A DNA stretch of 34,730 nt, from the NCBI GenBank assembly GCA_021162265.1, contig JAGGZA010000035.1:1-34730 (forward strand), read 5' to 3'. Each line of letters starts with the position of its first letter. The first letter of the stretch is position 1. Below, piece by piece: positions 17,011 to 25,514 of this stretch. The notes below the pieces were generated by a model. That model searched no databases, was not told the origin of the DNA, and worked only from the letters and a program-made list of their open reading frames with translations. The translations under genes were made by a program, and so were the position numbers. Origin of the DNA: Candidatus Aerophobota bacterium. Lineage in GTDB: Bacteria; Aerophobota; Aerophobia; Aerophobales; B3-G15.

Positions 17011-17118
17011 ATGAAACGCTGGCGTTGTAGCGTTTGTGGATATATTCATGAGGGTAAAGAACCCCCGCATAAGTGTCCAAACTGTGGTTCTCCAAGGGAG
17101 AAATTTTTAGAAGTTTAG
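17011..17118 (+). CDS. 35-aa rubredoxin-like (rubrerythrin C-terminal-type Cx2C-x12-Cx2C) metal-binding protein
   Basis: Not in the ORF track because it is under 60 aa. The ATG at 17011 follows AAAGGGG. Translation is MKRWRCSVCGYIHEGKEPPHKCPNCGSPREKFLEV. It fills an otherwise empty 178-nt gap between nfu and the cupin gene. Confidence 0.7.
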   Translation: MKRWRCSVCGYIHEGKEPPHKCPNCGSPREKFLEV

Positions 17119-17136
17119 GATTTTGAACAGGTCCAT

Positions 17137-17475
17137 ATGCATTATGCTCAAAAGTTGTCTTATGGTGATAAAGTAGATGTAAATCCATTTTTTGGAGATT
17201 ACTCATCCCTCTCGCCTTATATTTACAACCTTCCAGTGGGAGAGTATGTACCCCTGCACAAACATCCTACTACTGATGAGCTCTTCTTTATTTTGAAAGG
17301 CAAAATAAAGTTTAAAGTTGGTGATAAGGAATTTGTTGCAGTTAAGGGAGACGTAGTTCAAGGAAAGATGAACATCCCACATAGGTTTGAGAATGTCGGA
17401 GATGAACCAGCTGCTTTTTTATCTGTAAAAGGCCCTAAACCTGTTGATCTTCTGAGGCTGGAAAAAGATGAGTAA
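17137..17475 (+). CDS. Cupin-domain protein
   Basis: LHKHPTTDELFFILKGKIKFKVGD...IPHRFENVGDEPAAFLSV matches the two cupin motifs. The RBS is weak, so the start is uncertain. Confidence 0.8.
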   Translation: MHYAQKLSYGDKVDVNPFFGDYSSLSPYIYNLPVGEYVPLHKHPTTDELFFILKGKIKFKVGDKEFVAVKGDVVQGKMNIPHRFENVGDEPAAFLSVKGPKPVDLLRLEKDE

Positions 17476-17480
17476 GGGGT

Positions 17481-18440
17481 TTATTTTAAACTATGGCGGG
17501 TCCATTCTATTGTTTTTTTTAAACCCTGTTCCAGAGAAGTGGTTGGTTTCCAGACAAGTTCTCTTTCTGCCTTAGCAGGGTCAAGACATATTTTTCTTAC
17601 TTCTCCTTTTTTTAGCTGTCCGTGAAAAGGAGGTTTTTTAAATCCTGTGAGAGTGGATAGTTTACTATATAGATTGTTCACAGATTCTTCTATGCCTGTT
17701 CCTACGTTGTAAGCAAGATCGTCTATAGAGATTATTTCTCTATGGTTTAGATTTTCAACCATTGAACTTACCAGAATATTTATCTCAACTACATCTTCAA
17801 CAAATACATAATCTCTTGTTTGTTCTCCGTCACCGAAAATTGTGGGCACCTCTCCCTTTAACATTTTTTGTGAAAAAATGGCTATGACTCCTGCTTCTCC
17901 AGAAGGGTCCTGTCTTGGTCCATAGACATTTGCATATCTTAAACAAACATAATTAATCTCAAAAAATTTCTTATAAAAGAAAAGATAAAATTCTATAGCG
18001 AGTTTATCAATTCCATAAGGAGAAAGAGGTGCCTTTGGATAGGTTTCTTTAACAGGTAACGACTTTGGTTCCCCGTATATTGCTCCTCCAGAACTTATGA
18101 ATATAAAGTTTTTTACTCCAGAAGTCTGGCAGGCATCTAATAAATTTAAGGTTCCCAAAATATTTTCTTTCACATCGATTTGAGGCTTCTCCACGGAAAA
18201 CCTTACGTTTATTTGAGCAGCATGATGATTGACAAGATCAAATTTTTCTTTTTTAAATATGTCCTTTATTTTTCTATCAAGAACACTCATTTGATAAAAT
18301 TTTGCCCGGGGATTTATCTGCTCTCTTTTTCCAGTGGAAAGATTATCTACTATTACCACATCCCATCCCTCTTTAATGTACCTATCAACTAAGTGAGAGC
18401 CTATGAAGCCTGCTCCCCCCGTAACAAGGACTTTTGCCAA
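17481..18440 (-). CDS. NAD-dependent epimerase/dehydratase (extended SDR, GalE-like)
   Basis: VLVTGGAGFIGSHLV Rossmann motif and the catalytic SPYGIDK (YxxxK). The TTG start sits directly against the stop of the upstream ThyA-family gene, whose last codons supply GGAG. Confidence 0.88.
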   Translation of the reverse strand: MAKVLVTGGAGFIGSHLVDRYIKEGWDVVIVDNLSTGKREQINPRAKFYQMSVLDRKIKDIFKKEKFDLVNHHAAQINVRFSVEKPQIDVKENILGTLNLLDACQTSGVKNFIFISSGGAIYGEPKSLPVKETYPKAPLSPYGIDKLAIEFYLFFYKKFFEINYVCLRYANVYGPRQDPSGEAGVIAIFSQKMLKGEVPTIFGDGEQTRDYVFVEDVVEINILVSSMVENLNHREIISIDDLAYNVGTGIEESVNNLYSKLSTLTGFKKPPFHGQLKKGEVRKICLDPAKAERELVWKPTTSLEQGLKKTIEWTRHSLK

Positions 18441-19304
18441 TTAATTCTCCTTCCTCAGACGCCGAGCTGCTTCTTCAAAAAAAGGCTGTGCGAAAGAAGT
18501 TGTCCAGGTTCTTTCTTCAAAACTCCGCTTTTTTACAGTTTCAAGAAAATTTTTGAATTCTTTAAAATAAGAACCATAAATATGATAGCTATCAGCAATA
18601 TGTATGTATTTGCCCGGTTTTATTTTTTTGTTTGTTTTTTTGCTGATTTTTTCTGCTACGAGTTTTTGCAGTTCAGTAAAGGCAAACATATTCATAAAAG
18701 CAGCTTTGAAAGCATCATTACTGCGCAAATGGACATTTAGCTGGAGGTGGTTATCAATTATCCTGAACCAGAGACGTTGCAGACAGGGTGGGTCATCAAA
18801 TTTAGGGTCCATCCAGCATTTCCAGGTAACAGCCTGAGCCCGTCTTGAAAACGGAGTCCTGGCAAGTTTTTCTACTACAAAGTCTATCTGATTTACAGGT
18901 TCACTCTCCCCGGGTAGAGTGTAATTAAATATCCTTTCATGGTAGGTATACTCCCATTTACCCTCCTCTGGTTTAATCCAGTCATCATGTATTCCATACA
19001 GGACTTCCTGACGGTAAGTTTCTAAATCCTCAAGTCCTGCTGGCATGGCTCTGTGAATCCTGGGCTCTTTAAAGGGGTTGTTCACCTCAATAATCATGGT
19101 GCAATCTCTTGAAGGAGGATCTCCTGGTCTGTCATATTCTGTCTTAATAGAGATACCCTTTTCCCAGCATACAACAACTGATCTCTCCCATCCCTGGGGA
19201 AGAGTATCGGCTTTTACCAGAAATACCGGGCATCCGTTATCTTCAGGTATCATAGTTCTATTTATTTTCGTTAGGATTAAATTTCCGGTTTTCTTTTTCT
19301 CCAT
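18441..19304 (-). CDS. Divergent ThyA-family enzyme (thymidylate synthase-like, resembling the archaeal type)
   Basis: Aligns by eye to E. coli ThyA catalytic blocks: FSRRAQ (SRR), PPCLQ (PCH nucleophile Cys), LRSND (QRSCD), AAFMN (PFN, Asn177), ADSYHIY (GDTHLY). The start is uncertain: 19304 overlaps gatA by 28 nt, and the alternative ATG is at 19253. Confidence 0.75.
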   Translation of the reverse strand: MEKKKTGNLILTKINRTMIPEDNGCPVFLVKADTLPQGWERSVVVCWEKGISIKTEYDRPGDPPSRDCTMIIEVNNPFKEPRIHRAMPAGLEDLETYRQEVLYGIHDDWIKPEEGKWEYTYHERIFNYTLPGESEPVNQIDFVVEKLARTPFSRRAQAVTWKCWMDPKFDDPPCLQRLWFRIIDNHLQLNVHLRSNDAFKAAFMNMFAFTELQKLVAEKISKKTNKKIKPGKYIHIADSYHIYGSYFKEFKNFLETVKKRSFEERTWTTSFAQPFFEEAARRLRKEN

Positions 19305-20740
19305 TCTGTACTTTGCTCATAGGCATAGGCTACCCGTAAAATAGTTTCTTCTTCAAAAGGTCTTCCCAGAATTTGTAATCCTACGGGTAGATTATTTTGA
19401 CCAAAACCACAGGGAATAGAAATACCCGGGATACCAGCCAGGTTAGCAGAAATTGTGAAAATATCAGAAAGGTACATTTTTAAGGGGTCATCAATCTTTT
19501 CCCCTATTTTAAAGGCAACTGTGGGAGAGGTGGGAGTGAGGAGGACATCGAACTTCTCAAAAGCTTTCTCAAAATCTCTTTTTATTAAAGTTCTTACTCT
19601 CAGAGCTTTACCGTAGTAATTTTCGTAGTATCCTTTAGATAAGACATAAGTACCAAGCATTATTCTACGTTTCACTTCGTCTCCAAATCCTTCCTTTCTT
19701 GTTTTTTTATACATGTCAATCATATTTGTTTTTTCTTTTGTTCTGTATCCATATTTCACACCATCGTACCTTGCAAGATTAGAACTGGCCTCAGCTGTAG
19801 CAATTAGATAATAGGTGGCAACTGCATATTCGGTATGAGGCAGAGAAGTCTCTTCTACTTTTGCTCCAAGGTCCTCCAGGACCTTAGCAGCCTGAAGTAC
19901 ACTTTCTTTTACTTCCTTTTCTATTCCGGTTACAAAATACTCCTTGGGTAAACCAACTTTTATTCCCTGTAGATCTGGAATAAGATACTCCAGATATTTT
20001 GGAACAGGACGGTCAATAGATGTTGAATCTTTATTATCCTTTCCACTTATTACTTGAAGTAAGAGAGCACAATCGGTAACATCCTTTGTTAAAGGTCCTA
20101 TCTGGTCAAGAGAGGAAGCAAAAGCTACAAGCCCATATCGTGAAACTCTTCCATATGTTGGCTTCATACCTACAATACCACACAGAGCTGCAGGTTGACG
20201 GATAGAACCTCCTGTATCAGAGCCAAGAGCTAATGTTACCTCACCACTGGCTACAGATGCAGCCGAGCCTCCGCTTGAACCACCCGGTATTGTCTCAGGA
20301 TTCCAGGGATTACGGGTAACATAAAATGACGAATTCTCTGTTGAAGACCCCATGGCAAACTCATCCATATTTGTTTTACCTATAATTATACATCCTGCGT
20401 TTTTTACCTTGTCGATCACGGTTGCAGAATAAGGAGGGGAAAAATTTTCAAGGATTCGTGAACCACAGGTGGTTTTTTCATTTTTAACGCATATATTATC
20501 CTTAATAGCTATAGGGATACCACATAGAGGAGGGATTTTTTTATCTTCGTGGATTTTTTTATCCCACATCTTTGCCTCATTTATAGCCTCCTCTTTGTTT
20601 AAAGAAATAAAAGCTTTTACTTTATCCTCTACTTCATCAATTCTTTTAAATTGAGCAAGAACAATCTCTTCAACTGATATTTCCTTTCTTTTTAATAACT
20701 TAATGATTTTGTTAGCTGGAAGCTCCGGGATAATATTCAT
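19277..20740 (-). CDS. gatA: Glutamyl/aspartyl-tRNA amidotransferase subunit A
   Basis: Amidase signature [12 protein letters not shown] and [12 protein letters not shown]. The 487-aa length and end-to-end pattern are typical of GatA. Confidence 0.95.
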   Translation of the reverse strand: MNIIPELPANKIIKLLKRKEISVEEIVLAQFKRIDEVEDKVKAFISLNKEEAINEAKMWDKKIHEDKKIPPLCGIPIAIKDNICVKNEKTTCGSRILENFSPPYSATVIDKVKNAGCIIIGKTNMDEFAMGSSTENSSFYVTRNPWNPETIPGGSSGGSAASVASGEVTLALGSDTGGSIRQPAALCGIVGMKPTYGRVSRYGLVAFASSLDQIGPLTKDVTDCALLLQVISGKDNKDSTSIDRPVPKYLEYLIPDLQGIKVGLPKEYFVTGIEKEVKESVLQAAKVLEDLGAKVEETSLPHTEYAVATYYLIATAEASSNLARYDGVKYGYRTKEKTNMIDMYKKTRKEGFGDEVKRRIMLGTYVLSKGYYENYYGKALRVRTLIKRDFEKAFEKFDVLLTPTSPTVAFKIGEKIDDPLKMYLSDIFTISANLAGIPGISIPCGFGQNNLPVGLQILGRPFEEETILRVAYAYEQSTEWRKRKPEI

Positions 20741-20773
20741 TTTCTTTTTCCTTAATTATTTAAATTTCGTTTC

Positions 20774-20801
20774 ATTATTTTATATTTAGCATTTTTGTCA
20801 A
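20774..20801 (-). promoter_or_regulatory. Possible sigma70-type promoter of the gatA operon
   Basis: The minus strand reads TTGACA (20801-20796), a 16-nt spacer, then AATAAT (20779-20774). Confidence 0.35.
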
Positions 20802-20808
20802 CTGATGT

Positions 20809-20836
20809 TTGACAGGTGAGGGTAATTTGATAAAAT
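20809..20836 (+). promoter_or_regulatory. Sigma70-type promoter (extended -10) of the liv-type ABC operon
   Basis: TTGACA (20809-20814), a 16-nt spacer ending in TGA, then TAAAAT (20831-20836). The ORF-track TTG start at 20809 is this -35 box. Confidence 0.45.
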
Positions 20837-20883
20837 ACAGCTTACTTTATATTAAAACAAAAGATAAGATAAGGAGGAGAAAG

Positions 20884-22062
20884 GTGGTAGGAGTGAGAAA
20901 GAATAGATTAAGGGTAGTAGGGATTTTTATTTTTGTAATGGCTTTTATTCTGGGGCAGGGTGTAATTTTCCAGGGTTTTGCAGCAAAAAAGCCTTACAAG
21001 ATAGGAGGGATATTTGCTATTACGGGAGGAGCTTCTTTTTTAGGTGAACCTGAGAAGAATACTGCCCGTATGATTGAGGAAATGGTTAATGCTCGAGGAG
21101 GTATCTACGGTCATCCCTTAAAGCTCATCATTGAGGATACTGCAGGAGATGAGACCAAGGCTGTAAATGCTGTAAAGAAACTGATCTACAGAGATCATGT
21201 TCTTGCCATTATTGGTCCTTCCCGCAGTGGAACCACTATGGCAGTAATTCCTATTGTGGAGAAAAAAGGAGTTTTGCTTGTCTCCTGTGCTGCAGCAGAG
21301 GCTATTGTTTCTCCTGTGAAAAAATGGGTTTTTAAGACACCGCAAAAGGATAGTGATGCAGTGCGCAGAATATATGAATATATGAATAAGAAGGGAATAT
21401 CCAGAATAGCAATAATTACCGGGACAACCGGGTTCGGTGATCAGGGAAGAAAAAAATTAAAAGAACTTGCTCCTGATTATGGAATTACCATTGTAGCGGA
21501 CGAGACTTATAGTCCGAAGGATACCGATATGACGGCCCAGCTTACCAGGATAAAAGCCACAGATGCTCAAGCTGTTGTTAATTGGTCCATAGTACCAGCG
21601 CAATCCATTGTTCCCAAGAATATGCGTCAATTAAAGATGAATATACCTCTCTTCCAGAGCCATGGTTTTGGTAACATCAAGTATGTGGAGCTTGCAGGCG
21701 AAGCTGCAGAGGGAATAATTTTCCCTGCAGGAAGACTTCTGGCAGTGGACACTCTACCTGATACCAATCCACAAAAAGATGTTCTTTCCTTTTATAAAGA
21801 AGAATACGAGAAGAGATTTAAGGAGAGTGTAAGTACATTTGGAGGACATGCCTGGGACGCTCTGTGGCTTGTTGTTAATGCACTGGAGGAAACCGGTCCT
21901 CGTCCTGAAGCAATGAGAGAGAACATTGAGTATACCAAGGAATTTGTGGGGACAGGGGGTATATTTAATTTTTCTCCTGAAGATCACAGCGGTTTAACTA
22001 AAGAAGCCTTTGAGATGCTTACCGTTAAAGGAGGAAAATTTGTAGTTTTAGGTGAAGACTAA
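20884..22062 (+). CDS. ABC transporter substrate-binding protein, LivJ/LivK (branched-chain amino acid type) family
   Basis: GTG start 5 nt after AAGGAGGA. The signal peptide RLRVVGIFIFVMAFILGQG is followed by YKIGGIFAITGGASFLGEP, typical of type-I periplasmic binding proteins. Confidence 0.88.
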   Translation: MVGVRKNRLRVVGIFIFVMAFILGQGVIFQGFAAKKPYKIGGIFAITGGASFLGEPEKNTARMIEEMVNARGGIYGHPLKLIIEDTAGDETKAVNAVKKLIYRDHVLAIIGPSRSGTTMAVIPIVEKKGVLLVSCAAAEAIVSPVKKWVFKTPQKDSDAVRRIYEYMNKKGISRIAIITGTTGFGDQGRKKLKELAPDYGITIVADETYSPKDTDMTAQLTRIKATDAQAVVNWSIVPAQSIVPKNMRQLKMNIPLFQSHGFGNIKYVELAGEAAEGIIFPAGRLLAVDTLPDTNPQKDVLSFYKEEYEKRFKESVSTFGGHAWDALWLVVNALEETGPRPEAMRENIEYTKEFVGTGGIFNFSPEDHSGLTKEAFEMLTVKGGKFVVLGED

Positions 22063-22089
22063 ATTACTTAAAAGCCTGGATAGCTTCTG

Positions 22090-22983
22090 ATGAGTTTTTT
22101 TAGTCAGCTGCTTCAGTATGTTTTTACAGGAGTAGCAGTAGGTGCTATTTATGGGATGGTCGCCCTGGGCTTTAACATAATTTATAACGCTACAGGAATC
22201 ATAAATTTAGCCCAGGGCGAGTTTGTTATGTTGGGTGGTATGGTGATGATATCCTTAACCACCGGGTTGAAAGTTCCTATGATTTTGGGATTTTTTATTT
22301 CTGTTGGCATTGTTACTCTAATAGGAGCTGTTATTGAAAGAGGTGCTATCCATCCTCTCAAAAATCCCTCGGTTATGACTCTCATTATCATTACTGTTGC
22401 TGCATCAATTCTTTTAAAAGGGGGAGCGATGTTCATATGGGGAAAGCAAACCTATACTCTCCCTGCTTTTTCTTCCTCTACTAAACCCATCTCTTTTGGA
22501 GAAGCCTCACTTAATCCTCAGACTATTTGGATATTAGGTATTATGGCTGCAAGTATGATAGTTCTGGCAATTTTCTTTAATTTCACCATGACTGGTAAGG
22601 CTATGAGAGCATGTGCAGCTAATAAACTTGCTGCTTCTCTTGTAGGTGTCAATGTTAAATTGATGGTTCTTTTATCTTTTGCTCTCAGTGCTGCTATAGG
22701 AGCAGTAGCAGGTATTATAATTACTCCTGTAGCCTTGATGGATTATGATAGGGGAACTATGCTTGCTATAAAGGGATTTGCTACAGCAGTTCTGGGAGGT
22801 TTAGGTAGCAATATAGGAGCAGTTATAGCTGGATTTATAATAGGACTCATGGAGTCGCTGGGGGCAGGTTTCATCTCCTCAAGCTATAAAGATGCCATCG
22901 CTCTTCTCGTTTTACTTTTTGTCTTGTTTATCAGACCGGGTGGAATTATGGGCACGACTGGAGAGGAAAAATTTAAGAAATAA
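22090..22983 (+). CDS. livH: Branched-chain amino acid-type ABC transporter permease (LivH family)
   Basis: Polytopic membrane protein. GAIYGMVALGFNIIYNATGIINLAQGEF is the canonical LivH N-terminus. Confidence 0.9.
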   Translation: MSFFSQLLQYVFTGVAVGAIYGMVALGFNIIYNATGIINLAQGEFVMLGGMVMISLTTGLKVPMILGFFISVGIVTLIGAVIERGAIHPLKNPSVMTLIIITVAASILLKGGAMFIWGKQTYTLPAFSSSTKPISFGEASLNPQTIWILGIMAASMIVLAIFFNFTMTGKAMRACAANKLAASLVGVNVKLMVLLSFALSAAIGAVAGIIITPVALMDYDRGTMLAIKGFATAVLGGLGSNIGAVIAGFIIGLMESLGAGFISSSYKDAIALLVLLFVLFIRPGGIMGTTGEEKFKK

Positions 22984-23016
22984 TCTTCTCTGTAAAAAAT
23001 TGCAAAAGGAGTTTCT

Positions 23017-24000
23017 TTGGGAAAAAAAAATTTATATGCTCTGGCAGCATTAACAGGATTCATTGTTGTACTTCCTCTGGTTATAGGTAATCCTTATTAT
23101 CTTGGAATATTTATTTTCTGGGGGATATACAGTTTAATAACAATAGGATTAAGTCTTTTAATAGGTTACACGGGTCAAATTTCTCTGGGACATGCTGCTT
23201 TTTTTGGCATTGGTGCCTATACTTCTGGTATTCTCTCTACCCGTTTTGGATTATCTCCCTGGATAGGAATGATTGCAGCAATTTTTTTAGCTGCCGGATT
23301 AGCTTTTGTTATAGGAGCTCCCGCTCTCAAGCTTAAAGGTCATTATCTTGCTATGGCAACCCTTGCCTTTGGAGAAATTATTTATATAGTTTTCAATCAA
23401 TGGATATCCTTAACTGGTGGTCCCTCTGGATTTGGAGGAATTCCCGCATTTTCTATTGGCAATTTCTCTTTGGAATCAGACTTTAGTTATTATTATTTTG
23501 TGTGGGGAATTGTTTTATTTGTGTTTCTCGCTTCAATTAATTTAATTCATTCCCGGGTAGGCAGAGCTCTGCGTTCCATTCATGGAAGCGAGGTGGCAGC
23601 AAGATGTATGGGGGTTAACACTTCTGGCTATAAATTAAAAATTTTTGTGTTTAGTGGTGCCCTGGGAGGACTTGCTGGTAGTTTGTATGTGCACTTTGTT
23701 ACCTTTGTGTCTCCAGGGACATTTAGCGTGATGTTTTCTATTGTCCTGCTTACTATGGTTGCTGTAGGAGGAATGACAAATATATGGGGAGCAATTACAG
23801 GTACGGCAATTTTAACTATTCTCCCTGAATACCTGAGAGCTTTTCAGGACTATGATATTTTGATATATGGAGCTGTACTTCTTGGAATAATGATTTTTCT
23901 TCCCGAAGGTTTAGTGCTGGGAGTTTTTAATATAATGAGAAAAAAAATAATCCTGCGAGAAGTTGAAGAAGAAAAACTGAAGTTAAAGAAAAGCAGATGA
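23017..24000 (+). CDS. livM: Branched-chain amino acid-type ABC transporter permease (LivM family)
   Basis: LLIGYTGQISLGHAAFFGIGAYT is the LivM signature. TTG start 5 nt after AAAGGAG. Confidence 0.9.
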   Translation: MGKKNLYALAALTGFIVVLPLVIGNPYYLGIFIFWGIYSLITIGLSLLIGYTGQISLGHAAFFGIGAYTSGILSTRFGLSPWIGMIAAIFLAAGLAFVIGAPALKLKGHYLAMATLAFGEIIYIVFNQWISLTGGPSGFGGIPAFSIGNFSLESDFSYYYFVWGIVLFVFLASINLIHSRVGRALRSIHGSEVAARCMGVNTSGYKLKIFVFSGALGGLAGSLYVHFVTFVSPGTFSVMFSIVLLTMVAVGGMTNIWGAITGTAILTILPEYLRAFQDYDILIYGAVLLGIMIFLPEGLVLGVFNIMRKKIILREVEEEKLKLKKSR

Positions 24001-24782
24001 ATCCCTTATTAAGGATTGAAGATTTAAGAAAAGAGTTTGGGGGAATTGTAGCTCTGGAAGGGGTTAGTTTTACGGTTATCCCCAATATTATAAAGGCAAT
24101 AATTGGTCCTAACGGTGCAGGTAAGACTACTATTTTTAATATTATCTCTGGAATATATTCCCCCAGCAAAGGGAAGATTTGGTTTAAAGAAGAACGTATA
24201 GATAAATTAAGTTCCCATCTTATTGCGATGAGAGGGATCTCACGTACTTTTCAAAATGTCCAGATTTTTAATAATATGACTGTTCTTGAAAATGTGATGA
24301 TCGGGTGTCATCCCTGGACAAGATCTGGTTTTTTTTCCTGTGTGTTTAAGACAAAGGGGAACTACAAAGAAGAGAAGAAAATCTATTCTCGTGCCATGGA
24401 GCTGCTTGAATTCGTGGGACTTGCAGATAAAAGATCATTATTCCCATCTTCCCTTACCTTTCAACAGCAGAGGCTAATAGAAATAGCAAGAGCTTTAGCT
24501 ACAAATCCAGAACTTATCCTTCTGGATGAGCCTGCTGCAGGTCTTAATGCAAGGGAGACGATAAAGATAGCTGAACTGATCTACAGGATCAAAGAGGAAG
24601 GTATTTCTATACTTCTTGTTGAACATGATATGGATCTGGTAATGGATATATCTCAAGAGATAATAGTACTTAACTCTGGTAGAGTAATAGCTGAGGGAAA
24701 TCCCAGGGAAGTTCAAAATAATGAAAAAGTTATAGCTACATATCTGGGAGAGAAGGAGTTTGTTAAAGATAAGAAACCTTAG
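23997..24782 (+). CDS. livG: ABC transporter ATP-binding protein (LivG family)
   Basis: Walker A GPNGAGKTT, a divergent signature (LTFQQQRLIEIARAL) and Walker B ILLDEPAAGL. ATGA overlap with livM. Confidence 0.93.
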   Translation: MNPLLRIEDLRKEFGGIVALEGVSFTVIPNIIKAIIGPNGAGKTTIFNIISGIYSPSKGKIWFKEERIDKLSSHLIAMRGISRTFQNVQIFNNMTVLENVMIGCHPWTRSGFFSCVFKTKGNYKEEKKIYSRAMELLEFVGLADKRSLFPSSLTFQQQRLIEIARALATNPELILLDEPAAGLNARETIKIAELIYRIKEEGISILLVEHDMDLVMDISQEIIVLNSGRVIAEGNPREVQNNEKVIATYLGEKEFVKDKKP

Positions 24783-25494
24783 AAGTTTTTACGGTAATCT
24801 CCAGGCGTTGAAAGGCATTTCTTTGCATATAGAAGCGGGAGAAATTGTAGCTCTAATTGGAGCAAATGGGGCAGGAAAGTCAACCTTGCTTAACTCTATC
24901 AGTGGAGTTATTTCTTCCAAGAGGGGTCAAATTCTTCTTGATGGTAAAGACATTACATACTTTCCACCTCAACGCATAGTGAAAGAAGGCATAAGTCTTG
25001 TTCCCGAAGGAAGACAGTTATTCTCCCCTCTTTCTGTAATGGATAATCTTCTTCTGGGAGCCTATCAAAGATTTAGTATTAAGAAAAAAACTCAAATTGA
25101 AAGGGACCTTGAAAGAGTATTCCAGATTTTCCCCATCTTAAAAGAAAGGAGAAAACAGGTTGCAGGTACCCTGTCAGGAGGGGAACAACAAATGCTGGCA
25201 ATTGCTCGTGGTCTCATGTCAAAACCAAAGATTCTTCTTCTTGATGAACCTTCTATGGGTTTAGCTCCTAAAATAGTTCAGGATATCTTTCGTATAATAC
25301 TGAGGTTAAGAGATGAAGGCACTACTATTTTTCTTGTAGAACAAAATGCCCAGAAAGCCCTGGAGATTGCTGATAGGGGATATGTAATAGAAACGGGCAG
25401 AATAGTCTTTGAAGGAAAATCTGAGGAGCTTTTAGGAAATCGTGAGATAGTAAGGGCTTATCTTGGTAGAGGATACAGGAAAGTTTGGGAGTAA
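24760..25494 (+). CDS. livF: ABC transporter ATP-binding protein (LivF family)
   Basis: Walker A GANGAGKST, signature LSGGEQQMLAIARGL and Walker B LLLDEPSMGLAP. TTG start after GAAGGAG, overlapping livG by 23 nt. Confidence 0.93.
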   Translation: MLKIRNLRSFYGNLQALKGISLHIEAGEIVALIGANGAGKSTLLNSISGVISSKRGQILLDGKDITYFPPQRIVKEGISLVPEGRQLFSPLSVMDNLLLGAYQRFSIKKKTQIERDLERVFQIFPILKERRKQVAGTLSGGEQQMLAIARGLMSKPKILLLDEPSMGLAPKIVQDIFRIILRLRDEGTTIFLVEQNAQKALEIADRGYVIETGRIVFEGKSEELLGNREIVRAYLGRGYRKVWE

Positions 25495-25514
25495 TAAAAA
25501 ATAAGGAAGTTAAA

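Noticed and set aside
16700-17206. 168-aa minus-strand ORF spanning the FDP 3' end, nfu, the rubredoxin-like gene and the cupin 5' end
   Set aside because: It is antisense to four well-supported plus-strand genes. It has low-complexity S/T/F/I/P-rich composition, no RBS and no recognisable motif, so it is a shadow ORF.
23020-23031. A9 homopolymer immediately after the livM TTG start, considered as a slipped-strand phase-variation tract
   Set aside because: It simply encodes Lys-Lys-Asn in an AT-rich genome. The gene is a core permease in the middle of an operon and there is no alternative in-frame start. No evidence supports phase variation.
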